DNA of 27,755 bases from a virus (IMGVR_UViG_3300048611_000003:1-27755); one strand, 5' to 3'. Positions 9,301 through 19,198 are shown, numbered from the stretch's first letter. Program-made: numbers and translations. Notes: generated from the sequence alone by a model not told the origin.

Positions 9301-10944
9301 TTATCTCCTGTTACGAGAACGCTGATCATTAATAAACTTACGATAACCTTCTGAGTTTGTCACACCTGACTTGATAGCTGCCTTACGCGCCTTAGCTTCT
9401 ATAGAGGATGGGTTCTCTTGAATTAACCTATTCGACTCTTCCATGAATCCAGCATCTACTGCATCTCCACCGACTAACTGTTGGATACGTTCATGCAATG
9501 CAGTAACGAATATCCTCTTAGTCTCAGGATTATAGAACTGAGCGATAGTCTCAAATGCCTTTTCATATGCGACACCTTCACTACGATACTTCTTACTGGG
9601 ATCACGAAGGTAGTGCTGAGCTAGCACGAAAGCATTCATACGTATAACGTTCTTATCTGCCTTATCCATGTTAGGATAACGATTAGCAAACTCTTCTTCG
9701 AATGCCCCTTTCTCTACTTCTGAGGTACGGATATCAGAAGCTATTGGGTCAAGCCAAGTAGCAGCCATGCGTGATTGTTCAGAGGTTGTAAGTATAGGCT
9801 TGGACCCTTGCTTATAAAACTCAGTTAGCCTAGTAATACTACCATCAAATTGATTATGAACGTACACATCCTGAACTTCAGAACCATCTTCCATTTTCTG
9901 TATAGGGCCTAACATAGTATCCGAATGTTTACTATTCAGGAAAGTATACCGTTCTTTATCTGTGGTAGTTAACTCATCTCCACCTTCAATACGATCTCTA
10001 AGACCACGCATCTCTATGAAGTCTTTATCACGCTGACCCATCTCATTACCTTCGATACTAAAATCATTAGTATCTACAGCAACAATAGGTTCTCCAGGTG
10101 CAGTGGCTCGATAGTACTTATTAGTTATCGGGCTATACTGTAACCGTAAGGACTTACCACCCTTATCTTTGTATGTATCTTTAGCTTCAGTAAGTTTAAG
10201 ATCTGCTATACTTTGAGCTCCATCTCCGAATGAAGTAAATGATTCACCAGATACTTCTGCTGTCTCTTCGTCTATGAGACCAGCTGCGATACCTTTTTCA
10301 GATATAGAAGTGAGAAGCTTAGGTTGTTTCTTCTGACGCTCTTCAAACTCTTTAAGCAGTCTTTCTTGTTCTTCAGTCCTGAACGAGGTATTAGCATTCT
10401 CCCATTCATCACTACTGAAGGGACCTTCACGGTTAGCTATAGCTACAGCTGTTTCATCCATCTCATGAAGTCTAGGATCAAATGTGTACTTACTATCAGC
10501 TACTAAAGGCAAACGCTTAGCCAGCTTCTTGTTACCTTTGTTACCAGACATAATAGCATCTATCGCAGCTGTCGCATACTCCATTGGATTAGTTCCACCA
10601 TCTCTAGTGGGAGGGATCTTAGCAACACTATGTTTATTCAACACAGCTATCTTAGCTTCCTCGGGGGTCATCCCATGTTTTTTCTGTAGATACCAGGATA
10701 TAGCATCTGGACTATTACGTCCACCTAGAGTCTCAATGGAATTCTCCATCTCATACTCTGACTGCTGTCTGGACAGATCACTATTAAACTGAGTTTCTAT
10801 AAGACGGAACTTAGACATCTTAGCTAACTCTTGTGCTCTCTCCATCATATCTAATTCTTTCTGACGACGACGAGCTACATCCTCATTGTAACCTTGGGCC
10901 ATACCACCAGCTACAGAGAGAAGAGTGTCTCCTAAACTAGCCAT
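9301..10944 (-). CDS. putative internal virion / ejection protein
   Basis: Start at MASLGDTLL (10944) is supported by GGAGGTG. The N-terminus 'LLSVAGGMAQGY' followed by a charged coiled coil is typical of ejection proteins. Confidence 0.6.
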   Translation of the reverse strand: MASLGDTLLSVAGGMAQGYNEDVARRRQKELDMMERAQELAKMSKFRLIETQFNSDLSRQQSEYEMENSIETLGGRNSPDAISWYLQKKHGMTPEEAKIAVLNKHSVAKIPPTRDGGTNPMEYATAAIDAIMSGNKGNKKLAKRLPLVADSKYTFDPRLHEMDETAVAIANREGPFSSDEWENANTSFRTEEQERLLKEFEERQKKQPKLLTSISEKGIAAGLIDEETAEVSGESFTSFGDGAQSIADLKLTEAKDTYKDKGGKSLRLQYSPITNKYYRATAPGEPIVAVDTNDFSIEGNEMGQRDKDFIEMRGLRDRIEGGDELTTTDKERYTFLNSKHSDTMLGPIQKMEDGSEVQDVYVHNQFDGSITRLTEFYKQGSKPILTTSEQSRMAATWLDPIASDIRTSEVEKGAFEEEFANRYPNMDKADKNVIRMNAFVLAQHYLRDPSKKYRSEGVAYEKAFETIAQFYNPETKRIFVTALHERIQQLVGGDAVDAGFMEESNRLIQENPSSIEAKARKAAIKSGVTNSEGYRKFINDQRSRNRR

Positions 10945-11527
10945 TAGTATCACCTCCACCCATTTGTTGTATACGGTCTAACATACTTTGATTTACCCCA
11001 GCAGGTACTTGACCTGCAGATGATGGTAGAATATCCTCCGCAGGAACTTCACCTTCTTCGGCTACTGTTGACTTCTTCCTATCGAGAAGATCCCTTACAT
11101 TCATAAGAGCTATATCATCATTTATAATAGCGTCCTCTTCATCTTCCATCTCTTCTTCTGGGTAGAGCACTGGTTCTATCCCATGGACTTCTCCAATAGA
11201 TAGTAACATATACATAGTGGGCTCTATGAGATTTAGCATAAGATCGGGATTAAATTTACCCTCACGAAAGCCGGAGAATAAAAGAGTCTGGGCTATGTCC
11301 TCTACAGGAACTTCATTACGCATAAGTCCTAAGATTTCATCTAGTGTATCCTCTTCAGTTAGACGCATGAAGATGTCTTCTGTAGCTTCCTGCATGTCAG
11401 TATGGGCAGGAGGTTTCTCATACGGCAATCTCTGATCAGGGTCTTGGGTGAGAGACTCACCTGGTATAGGAGCATCAAATGGATCTAGTCCACCATGGGC
11501 TTCCTGTAGTTCTTCTAGACTTGGCAT
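10937..11527 (-). CDS. conserved acidic virion-associated hypothetical protein
   Basis: 196 aa. Motifs 'FDAPIPGESLT', 'PYEKPP' and 'GFREGKFNPDLMLNLIEP' look like a conserved podophage family (recall). GGAG RBS. Confidence 0.65.
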   Translation of the reverse strand: MPSLEELQEAHGGLDPFDAPIPGESLTQDPDQRLPYEKPPAHTDMQEATEDIFMRLTEEDTLDEILGLMRNEVPVEDIAQTLLFSGFREGKFNPDLMLNLIEPTMYMLLSIGEVHGIEPVLYPEEEMEDEEDAIINDDIALMNVRDLLDRKKSTVAEEGEVPAEDILPSSAGQVPAGVNQSMLDRIQQMGGGDTNG

Positions 11528-11539
11528 TAGTTATAACTC

Positions 11540-12700
11540 CTATGCTTCTTTTGAGAGCAGCTGTGAGAATAGTGCTTGCTGACGACGCTGTGCTTCTGAG
11601 AGGAATTGTCCACCAGCAGAACCTTCACCACCTACACCAAACCTACGAGTACCAAACGGATCTGGTACATCAGCAGTTTGAAATGCTGGAAGTCCTATAG
11701 GTTGGGCAACACCACTAAGTAACCCAGAGCCAGCTTTCAATACTCTATCAAGTAATGAAGAACTCTTAACATTAGAGGTTGGGTGCATCATGTCTGGTAA
11801 TTGTGGATCAGTCATGGGGTTACGGATACCAGATGCAACAATACCTTCTGTCGCTGCTTTCTCTGCCATAGGATGGAAAGGACTAATGTTAGCAGCCCTT
11901 GCCATATCTATTGTAGCCTTGGGTATACCCGCCTTAGCAGCAGCATCAAACTGTACATTCAATGGTTGATTCTCTAGACTAAGTGGGAATGTAGGTTTAC
12001 CCACTACATTAGATATCCCAAGTTTATTAGCAGGATCGTAAATAGCATCATCTACCATAAAGTTAGTGATACTACCTTTTGTCTTAGCAAGATCAGTTGC
12101 ACCTATACCTTTACTGGGGTCTAGGAAATTAGGACTAACAGATTTAACTTGAGCATTAGCTAACTCTGCAGACTTCTTGGTAACAGAATCTGCAAAGCTT
12201 TTAGCTTTCTGCCCTACAAATTCTCCGACATCAGAGATAGACGCTGGGTTCTTTACACCAAGTAAATCTTGTGCACCTTTAAATAGTGCGTTAGCACCAT
12301 CAGATACCTTACCACCAACCCATTCAAGGCCACCCTTAATCTTATTAGTGATACCTGAGAAAGCTTCCTTAACGAAACCAGAAGCCTTACTTGCCATACT
12401 AGAGGCCCACTTCATACCATTGCCAACAGCCTGTACCCAAGCGGGCATAGCTGCCCCAGTGAGAGTAGTGGCAGTTGTAGTCCACATAGCTCCTAGCATA
12501 CTACCTACACCTGGCAAGACAAAACTTAGTGCTAGTGTACCTATGGGACCTAGTTTACCAAAGACTTTACCAACAGCCTTGATACCTTTCTTGATACCCT
12601 TCCAGATACCACTACCAACCTTCTTAATACCTTTGGCCACACCTTTAAAAATCTTAGTTGCACCTTTAAATACTTTCTTAAGACCACTAAAGAATCCCAT
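11540..12700 (-). CDS. putative internal virion/ejection protein with an N-terminal cationic amphipathic helix and a hydrophobic segment
   Basis: N-terminus MGFFSGLKKVFKGATKIFKGVAKGIKKVGSGIWKGIKKGIKAVGKVFGKLG is followed by PIGTLALSFVLPGVGSMLGAMW. Confidence 0.65.
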   Translation of the reverse strand: MGFFSGLKKVFKGATKIFKGVAKGIKKVGSGIWKGIKKGIKAVGKVFGKLGPIGTLALSFVLPGVGSMLGAMWTTTATTLTGAAMPAWVQAVGNGMKWASSMASKASGFVKEAFSGITNKIKGGLEWVGGKVSDGANALFKGAQDLLGVKNPASISDVGEFVGQKAKSFADSVTKKSAELANAQVKSVSPNFLDPSKGIGATDLAKTKGSITNFMVDDAIYDPANKLGISNVVGKPTFPLSLENQPLNVQFDAAAKAGIPKATIDMARAANISPFHPMAEKAATEGIVASGIRNPMTDPQLPDMMHPTSNVKSSSLLDRVLKAGSGLLSGVAQPIGLPAFQTADVPDPFGTRRFGVGGEGSAGGQFLSEAQRRQQALFSQLLSKEA

Positions 12701-12702
12701 AG

Positions 12703-14844
12703 TTATACATTCCTATTCTGAAGCCAGAAGTTTATAGCTGCCTTACCTAGTTCTACCAAAGTGCTAGAACGTTTAGCATCGGATATAGATTCATTAGATA
12801 GAGCTGCTTGAGCTAATGCAGCTTGACGTTGTAATTCATTCTGAGTAGACTCGAAAGACCACTTAGCATTATCACGGAGTTCTTGCCACATGAAAGTTAA
12901 AGATTGATTACTTAAATTAAATGCGTTCATGGCATTAGCTTGGTTAACAGCATTGGTTGCAGCAGTATTAACTTCATTCATTTGTCTACGCCACTGTACA
13001 TTAGATTGACTAATTACAGTAGCATTCTGCGCATTGAACTGTTGCCTAGCTGCTTCAAGGTTAGCATTGTATTGGGCTACAGCATTTCTTTGGGTAGCGT
13101 TAAACTGACTAGTTTGCATACGAGCCGTAGCATTATACTGACTAGTCTGATTCTTAGAAGAGGCATTGAACTGATTCTGAGTATTCCTCATCTGTGCATT
13201 AGCTACAGATAATTGATTCTTCTGCTCAGCATTGAATTGGCTAACAGACTCCAGCCTCATCTTATTCTGTGTATTGATCTGAGTGTTAAGGCTAGCTAAG
13301 AACTGCTGTGTCTGTAACTGATTGGTAGCATTAAACTGCCTAGACGCATTAATAGCTGATTGATTAGATAGCATAGACTGCTGTCTATTCTGTGTATTTA
13401 TCAGAGCAGCCTGTTGTCTGTTATCCAGGTTAGCCATATCCATAGACAGGAAAGCCCTAGCATTTTCAACCTGCATCTGCTGTCTAGCATCTAGGTTAGC
13501 CATATCCATAGAGGCCAGTAGCTGAGCATTGAGTACAGCTGTCTGTTGTCTATTGTCTAAATTAGTAAGGTTCATCGTCTGCATAAATCTACTATTAGAT
13601 AATGCAGTCTCTTGCCTAGCACTTAAATTAGCTAGGTCCATAGACAATAGGTTCTGGGCATTAGACATAGCAGATTGCTGCTGATTAGTCATATTAGCTA
13701 TACGCATCTGCTGATCAGCATTGAGATTAGCCGTAACTAACTGTAGCTTAGATTGTGCATTTTGTAGATTAACAGCTTGCTGTCTATTTAAATTACCTTC
13801 AGTTCTCTGGAAGTAAGTCTGTGCATTCTGCTGTGCCATCGGCATAGCTGCTTCTATTATAGCATTAGATAGAGCAGCCTGCCCAATAGAAGATCTTGAC
13901 AAACCACGAGAAGCTAACTGTCCTTCGATAGCGTCAACTGCTGGCCTAGCCCAAAGAGGTATCTCACCTGATGCTAACCCCTGAGTCAATTGTTCCATTT
14001 GGAAACTTATTAACTCTTCTGGTGTAACACCTGCAATAGTGGCAGTTGCGATAGCAGATTCTATATCTGCTTGAGCTGCTTCACCCGTGGCAGCAGTAAC
14101 CATTCCGGATACTGTGCCCTGGGCAGCTTGAGCTAATTCACTGGGACTAACTGTACCTTGAGCTGCAGTAGCTAATTCCCCCAGCTGTCCTTGTGCGGCT
14201 ACACCAGGTTGTGTTACTTGACCCTGAGCCCCAGTCATACTAGCAGAACCAGTAGTCGCTGTGCCTACAGTAGGGGCCTTAAATGATACTCCACCTACAC
14301 TACCAGCAAAGGAAGCCCCTGCAAACTGGGCTGTAGAAGTACCTGCTAAAGCAGTACCTACTGTTGAAGTACCTGCAGTAGCTGCAGATTGTATATGTGT
14401 ACGTGCTGCTTGATATCTAGAATCAGTAGGATTAATTATCTCCCCTGATTTTAATCTAATAGGTGTAGCAGTCTGTATGGCATCCGGATTAATAGTGGGG
14501 TCTGTAAGATTTTTAGCTACAGTAGATCCTACTAGATCCATTCGAGCTTCAGCATCAGGATCAGTAGGGACACCTTCTACCTGGTTAGTAGTACCACTAG
14601 AGGTAGTGCTACTGCCTCCGGTTATAACCCCACTCGCCATACTAGTGGTAGCAGAGGTAGTAGTACCACTACTAGTGGTAGTCCCACTTGAAGTTAGTTT
14701 AGCTAGTGATTCTCTAGCAGCTCTCAGTCTACTGCTGTACATACTCTTGAGAGAAGGTTCACTACTGCCGTCTATACTATTATATTTAGTTTGCAAAGAA
14801 TTAACTAGAGCTTTAGCAGCATCTATTTCAGATTGTGTAGCCAT
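12703..14844 (-). CDS. Q/N/A-rich internal virion (DNA pilot/ejection tube-like) protein
   Basis: 713 aa. S/T/G/A-rich N-terminal half. The C-terminal half has 22-aa 'MDMANLDxRQQ' repeats and 11-aa 'SQ(F/Y)NA' repeats. Confidence 0.7.
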   Translation of the reverse strand: MATQSEIDAAKALVNSLQTKYNSIDGSSEPSLKSMYSSRLRAARESLAKLTSSGTTTSSGTTTSATTSMASGVITGGSSTTSSGTTNQVEGVPTDPDAEARMDLVGSTVAKNLTDPTINPDAIQTATPIRLKSGEIINPTDSRYQAARTHIQSAATAGTSTVGTALAGTSTAQFAGASFAGSVGGVSFKAPTVGTATTGSASMTGAQGQVTQPGVAAQGQLGELATAAQGTVSPSELAQAAQGTVSGMVTAATGEAAQADIESAIATATIAGVTPEELISFQMEQLTQGLASGEIPLWARPAVDAIEGQLASRGLSRSSIGQAALSNAIIEAAMPMAQQNAQTYFQRTEGNLNRQQAVNLQNAQSKLQLVTANLNADQQMRIANMTNQQQSAMSNAQNLLSMDLANLSARQETALSNSRFMQTMNLTNLDNRQQTAVLNAQLLASMDMANLDARQQMQVENARAFLSMDMANLDNRQQAALINTQNRQQSMLSNQSAINASRQFNATNQLQTQQFLASLNTQINTQNKMRLESVSQFNAEQKNQLSVANAQMRNTQNQFNASSKNQTSQYNATARMQTSQFNATQRNAVAQYNANLEAARQQFNAQNATVISQSNVQWRRQMNEVNTAATNAVNQANAMNAFNLSNQSLTFMWQELRDNAKWSFESTQNELQRQAALAQAALSNESISDAKRSSTLVELGKAAINFWLQNRNV

Positions 14845-17570
14845 TACCTGCCTCCCTCAAGAACTTCAATTCTTGCAATACATTCTATAAGTGCAGCAGT
14901 AAGAATAGGTACAAGTTTAGATGCATCCATCTGTTGCATTTCCTCCCCATCCTTTTCACCAGTAACAGCTTCTGGTACTACTTCTTGTACTTCATGGGCA
15001 ATGAAACCACACACAACATCTTCTTGTCCAATGAAGTTAAAGTGGTACGGCTTGAGTTCCTTAACAAGATCTATAGACCCAGTAATACGTTTTACATTTT
15101 CTTTAAGACGATAGTCTGAAGAAGTATTATATGCAGTATTGGAACCATCTGAAGTGATAGAACCACGTACTACACCAGCTTCTTTAAATTCAACATGAAT
15201 AGTCGTGCCAGATACATAGTCAGTCTCATCAGAAATAATACGAGCAGAAGAGGATTCAACAGAAGTAACTGTAATACCAGCAGATGCGATCTGTAATGGA
15301 TTAATGCCACCAGTAGAAAATCCTAATACGTTTGCTGCAACTGCATACATACCAGTGTTATTAGCTACAGAGAAAGAATATGCCGGGAGAGCTGCAGTAC
15401 CCTGTGGGGCCAGAACATTTAATGTACTAAATAATCCATTATCAGTACTAATCTCTAGTCTCTTAACACCACCAGTAGAAAAACCTAATGCATCCCCTCC
15501 AAGATTGTACATACCAGTGTTAGGGTCTAAAGAAAAAGTATATGTTGGTGATGCAGCAGATCCAAATACGGATATAATAGGTAATTGAGTTTGAAAGGCG
15601 TCTGTAGTAAGCCGTGCTCTCTCAACACCACCAGCTGAAAAACCTATACCATTAATAGCTGCCCTGTACATACCAGTATCAGAATCTGCAGAGAAAGAAT
15701 GAGATGGTGTTGCAGCTGAACCATCTGTGGCTAGAATAGGTAATTGAGTTTGAAAGGCGCCTGTAGTAAGCCGTGCTCTCTCAACACCACCAGCTGAAAA
15801 AACTATAGTATCAGCTGAGTCAGTGTATATGCCAGTGTTAGGATCATCGATAAAAGAGAAAGAAGGAAAGTTAGAATCCCCACTTACGGTTGTTATACCA
15901 TTACTATTAATATTTGCTACCTTAACACCACCAGTAGAGAAACCTAAAATATCAGCTGCTTCACTATAGATACCTGTATCCCTATCCGTAGAAAAAGAAT
16001 AGGACGGATCAGCTGCAGTACCTGCTGGGGTGAACAATGGAACAGTTGTTAATATTTCGAAAGTATCTACTGATAGTCGATTGACTCCTCCAGTAGTGAT
16101 ACCCAGACGATTGTTAGTAACCCAATACATACCAGTATCAGGATCAAAAGCAAAGGCCACAGAAGGGGTTGCTGCACTGCCAGTAATAAATCGTGCTGTA
16201 CCACCAAAGTCAATACTATCTACTGTAGTTTCTGTTCTGTTAACTTGCAACCAATTAGATTCTGAAAACTTAGCGTCATCAGAAACCCTAAAAAGCAATG
16301 TGTCCCCACTAGCCTGGATAGCCCAGAGTCCATTATCTGCAGTAGCATCTGTCTCATTGATGTAGAAATAAGGAGCAGTGCCCGATACTTCTAATGAGTT
16401 AGTGGTAATCTCTACTGCTTTAGTGCCGGCAGCTGAGAAACCTATAATATCAGCTGCTGAGCTGTACATACCAGTATTAGTATCTGAAGAGAAAGAATAC
16501 GCTGGTGATGCAGCTGAACCATTTGAGGATCTGATAGGAACTGTAGTATCAAATGAGGTAGAATCTATGTCTACTCTCTTAACACCACCAGTAGAAAAAC
16601 CTAATACGTTAACACCGTCACGGTACATACCAGTATCAGGATCAATGAAAAAAGATACTCCAGGTTCTGCTGCTGTTCCAGCGTGGGATCTAATAGGTAC
16701 TGAAGTATCAAATGAGGTAGTGTCTAATGTTGCTACTGCGCTGCCACCATTAACAGAAAAACCTACAGTATCAGCAGCTGGGTTGTATACCCCTGTATTA
16801 GCATCATCAGTAAAAGATATTGTTGGTACTGCAGACGATCCCGATGTTGATCTAATAGCTACTTGAGTTTGAAATGCTGCAGTAGTAAGCCGTGATCTTT
16901 CAACACCACCAGCTGAAAAAACTATAGTATCAGCTGAGTCAGTGTATATGCCAGTGTTAGGATCTGAAGAGAAAGAATATGCTGGATCAGCAGAAGTGCC
17001 ATTAGTATTAAGAATCACAGCTGTATGGGTGTATACCCCATTGATAGTGTCATCTACATCACTACGAGCAAAATTATCACTATCAACTCCATCTAGTAAT
17101 TCAGAATCTGCTGCTTTAGCTCCTACTAATAAGTATCCAGAACCCTCTACCCCATCTAGTAAATCAGCATTAAGATTAGTTACTAAGAAGGTACTGTCTA
17201 CAGTAAATGGAGCATCCACACCAGAAGTACCACCATTGAAGTCAGGCACACTATTAAAGGTACCACCACCACTTATAGTAGTGTCACCAATCAATGTGAT
17301 AACTCCAGTAGAACTGATAGACATCCTATCAACTGACGCAGTCTTTAAATAGATAGTATCATCATCTGCTGTACGTTCTATTTCTATCTTAGTATCACCA
17401 TCTGAATCAGAAAGAAGAGGAATAGATCCACCTTCTGCAGCAGTACCATCATGTTTGTGACCAATAGCCGCATCAAATGCTGAGACTAACTGATCATATT
17501 CATCGTTTGAGTGTGCAGATAAAATCGTATCACCATTTGTGTACGATGACTGCCTTGTATATCCCGTCAT
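14844..17570 (-). CDS. tail fibre with ten ~53-aa repeats and a C-terminal peptidase S74 intramolecular chaperone
   Basis: N-terminal anchor MTGYTRQSS...GHKHDGT. Ten repeats of G(T/S)AAxPxxSFxxDxxTG(M/I)Y....GFSxGG. C-terminus TSSDYRLKENV...GFIAHEVQEVVPEAV...LVPILTAALIE is the S74 signature. Confidence 0.9.
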   Translation of the reverse strand: MTGYTRQSSYTNGDTILSAHSNDEYDQLVSAFDAAIGHKHDGTAAEGGSIPLLSDSDGDTKIEIERTADDDTIYLKTASVDRMSISSTGVITLIGDTTISGGGTFNSVPDFNGGTSGVDAPFTVDSTFLVTNLNADLLDGVEGSGYLLVGAKAADSELLDGVDSDNFARSDVDDTINGVYTHTAVILNTNGTSADPAYSFSSDPNTGIYTDSADTIVFSAGGVERSRLTTAAFQTQVAIRSTSGSSAVPTISFTDDANTGVYNPAADTVGFSVNGGSAVATLDTTSFDTSVPIRSHAGTAAEPGVSFFIDPDTGMYRDGVNVLGFSTGGVKRVDIDSTSFDTTVPIRSSNGSAASPAYSFSSDTNTGMYSSAADIIGFSAAGTKAVEITTNSLEVSGTAPYFYINETDATADNGLWAIQASGDTLLFRVSDDAKFSESNWLQVNRTETTVDSIDFGGTARFITGSAATPSVAFAFDPDTGMYWVTNNRLGITTGGVNRLSVDTFEILTTVPLFTPAGTAADPSYSFSTDRDTGIYSEAADILGFSTGGVKVANINSNGITTVSGDSNFPSFSFIDDPNTGIYTDSADTIVFSAGGVERARLTTGAFQTQLPILATDGSAATPSHSFSADSDTGMYRAAINGIGFSAGGVERARLTTDAFQTQLPIISVFGSAASPTYTFSLDPNTGMYNLGGDALGFSTGGVKRLEISTDNGLFSTLNVLAPQGTAALPAYSFSVANNTGMYAVAANVLGFSTGGINPLQIASAGITVTSVESSSARIISDETDYVSGTTIHVEFKEAGVVRGSITSDGSNTAYNTSSDYRLKENVKRITGSIDLVKELKPYHFNFIGQEDVVCGFIAHEVQEVVPEAVTGEKDGEEMQQMDASKLVPILTAALIECIARIEVLEGGR
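15280..17003 (-). repeat. intragenic array of ~159-bp units encoding the tail-fibre repeats, interrupted once by an inserted domain
   Basis: Ten repeats counted in the translation. Near-identical DNA blocks: 15576-15642 vs 15735-15801, 15781-15845 vs 16900-16964, and 15459-15489 vs 16575-16605. Array boundaries are approximate. Confidence 0.85.
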
Positions 17571-17572
17571 AT

Positions 17573-19198
17573 TTATACCTTTCCTGCTACAATAAGATCC
17601 AAATCAAAACCTTGTATTGTGTATGGTCTGTCAAGAGAACTACTAGAAGAATAATTTACTGCTACAGTAAAACCAGAACCTTCAGTATTTAGTACTTGTA
17701 TGTTTACTGTTTTAGAATCGTATCTGAAACCTGTATCATAAGTAGCTTCACCGTAGATAGCTGGGATACTAAATTCAGATAAAGTATAAGGAGCAGGGTC
17801 ATCCTCATCCTCATCTGTGTATCCTGAATATTCTAGAGAGAACTTAACATTAGCAGGACCTGTAGGTTTTACATATGTCCTTACCCTGTGGATATTCTTT
17901 CTTATACTCGGATCACCTATGTCAAATGGGTGTGATACGAAGTTAGCATTAATAGGATCACCATTGAAACTATCACTGGTATCATGCTGATATAACACAC
18001 CATCATTCTTAGATGCCATCAATGAAACATACACACCACCAAATAAACCTTCTGTGACATGCTGGGGGGCTAGATCTATTGTAGTAGACCAGTTCCAATC
18101 TAAGTTTCCTCCGTCATCATACACTAATGTTCCTATTAAACCTAAGTGTCCTACGGTAGCTGGATCATCATATGGGTAGTATAATCGATACTGTGCTTTC
18201 TCTCGTAGTACCACAGAGTGAAGTTCAAAATCATTAATATCAGTTATAAGATCTCTAACCACAGATCTGACTAAAGAAGAGATAGAAGAGATATCTACGT
18301 CATCAATCCTAGTTGTACCTGCCAGAGTTCGTATACCATCAGGAGCAAGGTAGACCAAGTCACCATTAATCTCTTGTATGGTATCACCATTAAGACATCC
18401 TATATTCTTTGTGATAGGTTCAAGGACTACAGCAGCAGCACCTTGGTTAGCATCCTTAAGGAAGAAGATAGAGTTCTCACAGAACACAATCATATTATCA
18501 CGGAAAGGATAGATACCTGTTACTGGGTTACCAGTACTTATACTTAAAGAGTTTGTTCCGTTCCATGTCTCAGGATCAAATATAGTACTTACGTATACTG
18601 TAGATGGAGTCTCTTCTTGTCCTGATATATAGAACTGATCTCTAAAGTACACAACAAATTTACAACCTGCAGGTGTTCCTGTGGTCACATCGTCTAGATA
18701 TTTAAAAGTGTAGGTAGCATTGGTGTGTGCGGTACCATTGACCTTAAAGAACATGGCATTGTCAAATCCATTTACCCCTATGATCATCTGGTCTTCATCA
18801 GCAGTACCATGAGAGTAATCATCAAACCGAACATCAGTGACACTGGTGTCCATTGCTGTTGCCCCTGCAGCTTCGATAGTCGCAAAGTCAGCATCAGTCA
18901 CAAGCTTGTTTACTTGAACCCAAGTATCGGCATCAAAGGTATGATATAGATGATCACCCCTCGCCACAAGAATAGATTCATTGAAGATATGTATTCCTTT
19001 AATAGGGCCTGACCCAGGTACTGCAGTATCACCGAAAGGTTCAAATCCTTTGATCCTACCATAACCACCAGTAGAAACTGTTTCAAAGTTCCTAAGGAAA
19101 GAAGCTACACCAGGACGACTCAACAATTCTTGTGGAGTACTACGAAGATCTAATCCACCCCTACACGATATTTTTACATTTTGTAGAGTAGATGCCAT
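17573..19198 (-). CDS. tail tubular protein B / nozzle (beta-propeller, P22 gp10-like)
   Basis: 541 aa, directly after the adaptor gene. Motifs 'GGLDL', 'LRNFE....GGYGRIKGF', 'NIGC...DTIQEINGDLVYLAPDGIRT' and 'DIGDPSIRKNIH'. Confidence 0.8.
   Translation of the reverse strand: MASTLQNVKISCRGGLDLRSTPQELLSRPGVASFLRNFETVSTGGYGRIKGFEPFGDTAVPGSGPIKGIHIFNESILVARGDHLYHTFDADTWVQVNKLVTDADFATIEAAGATAMDTSVTDVRFDDYSHGTADEDQMIIGVNGFDNAMFFKVNGTAHTNATYTFKYLDDVTTGTPAGCKFVVYFRDQFYISGQEETPSTVYVSTIFDPETWNGTNSLSISTGNPVTGIYPFRDNMIVFCENSIFFLKDANQGAAAVVLEPITKNIGCLNGDTIQEINGDLVYLAPDGIRTLAGTTRIDDVDISSISSLVRSVVRDLITDINDFELHSVVLREKAQYRLYYPYDDPATVGHLGLIGTLVYDDGGNLDWNWSTTIDLAPQHVTEGLFGGVYVSLMASKNDGVLYQHDTSDSFNGDPINANFVSHPFDIGDPSIRKNIHRVRTYVKPTGPANVKFSLEYSGYTDEDEDDPAPYTLSEFSIPAIYGEATYDTGFRYDSKTVNIQVLNTEGSGFTVAVNYSSSSSLDRPYTIQGFDLDLIVAGKV

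Noticed and set aside
14580-14700. Short gtagtaccact-type repeats
   Set aside because: They simply encode a low-complexity SSGTTT linker.
15459-16964. Diversity-generating retroelement TR/VR pair in the tail fibre
   Set aside because: There is no reverse transcriptase in the window, all copies are coding, and the differences are not systematically adenine-specific.
15304-17352. Several plus-strand ORFs with repeated 'LLTPPVEKP...YIPV' motifs
   Set aside because: They are antisense shadows of the tail-fibre repeats, with no RBS or independent evidence.
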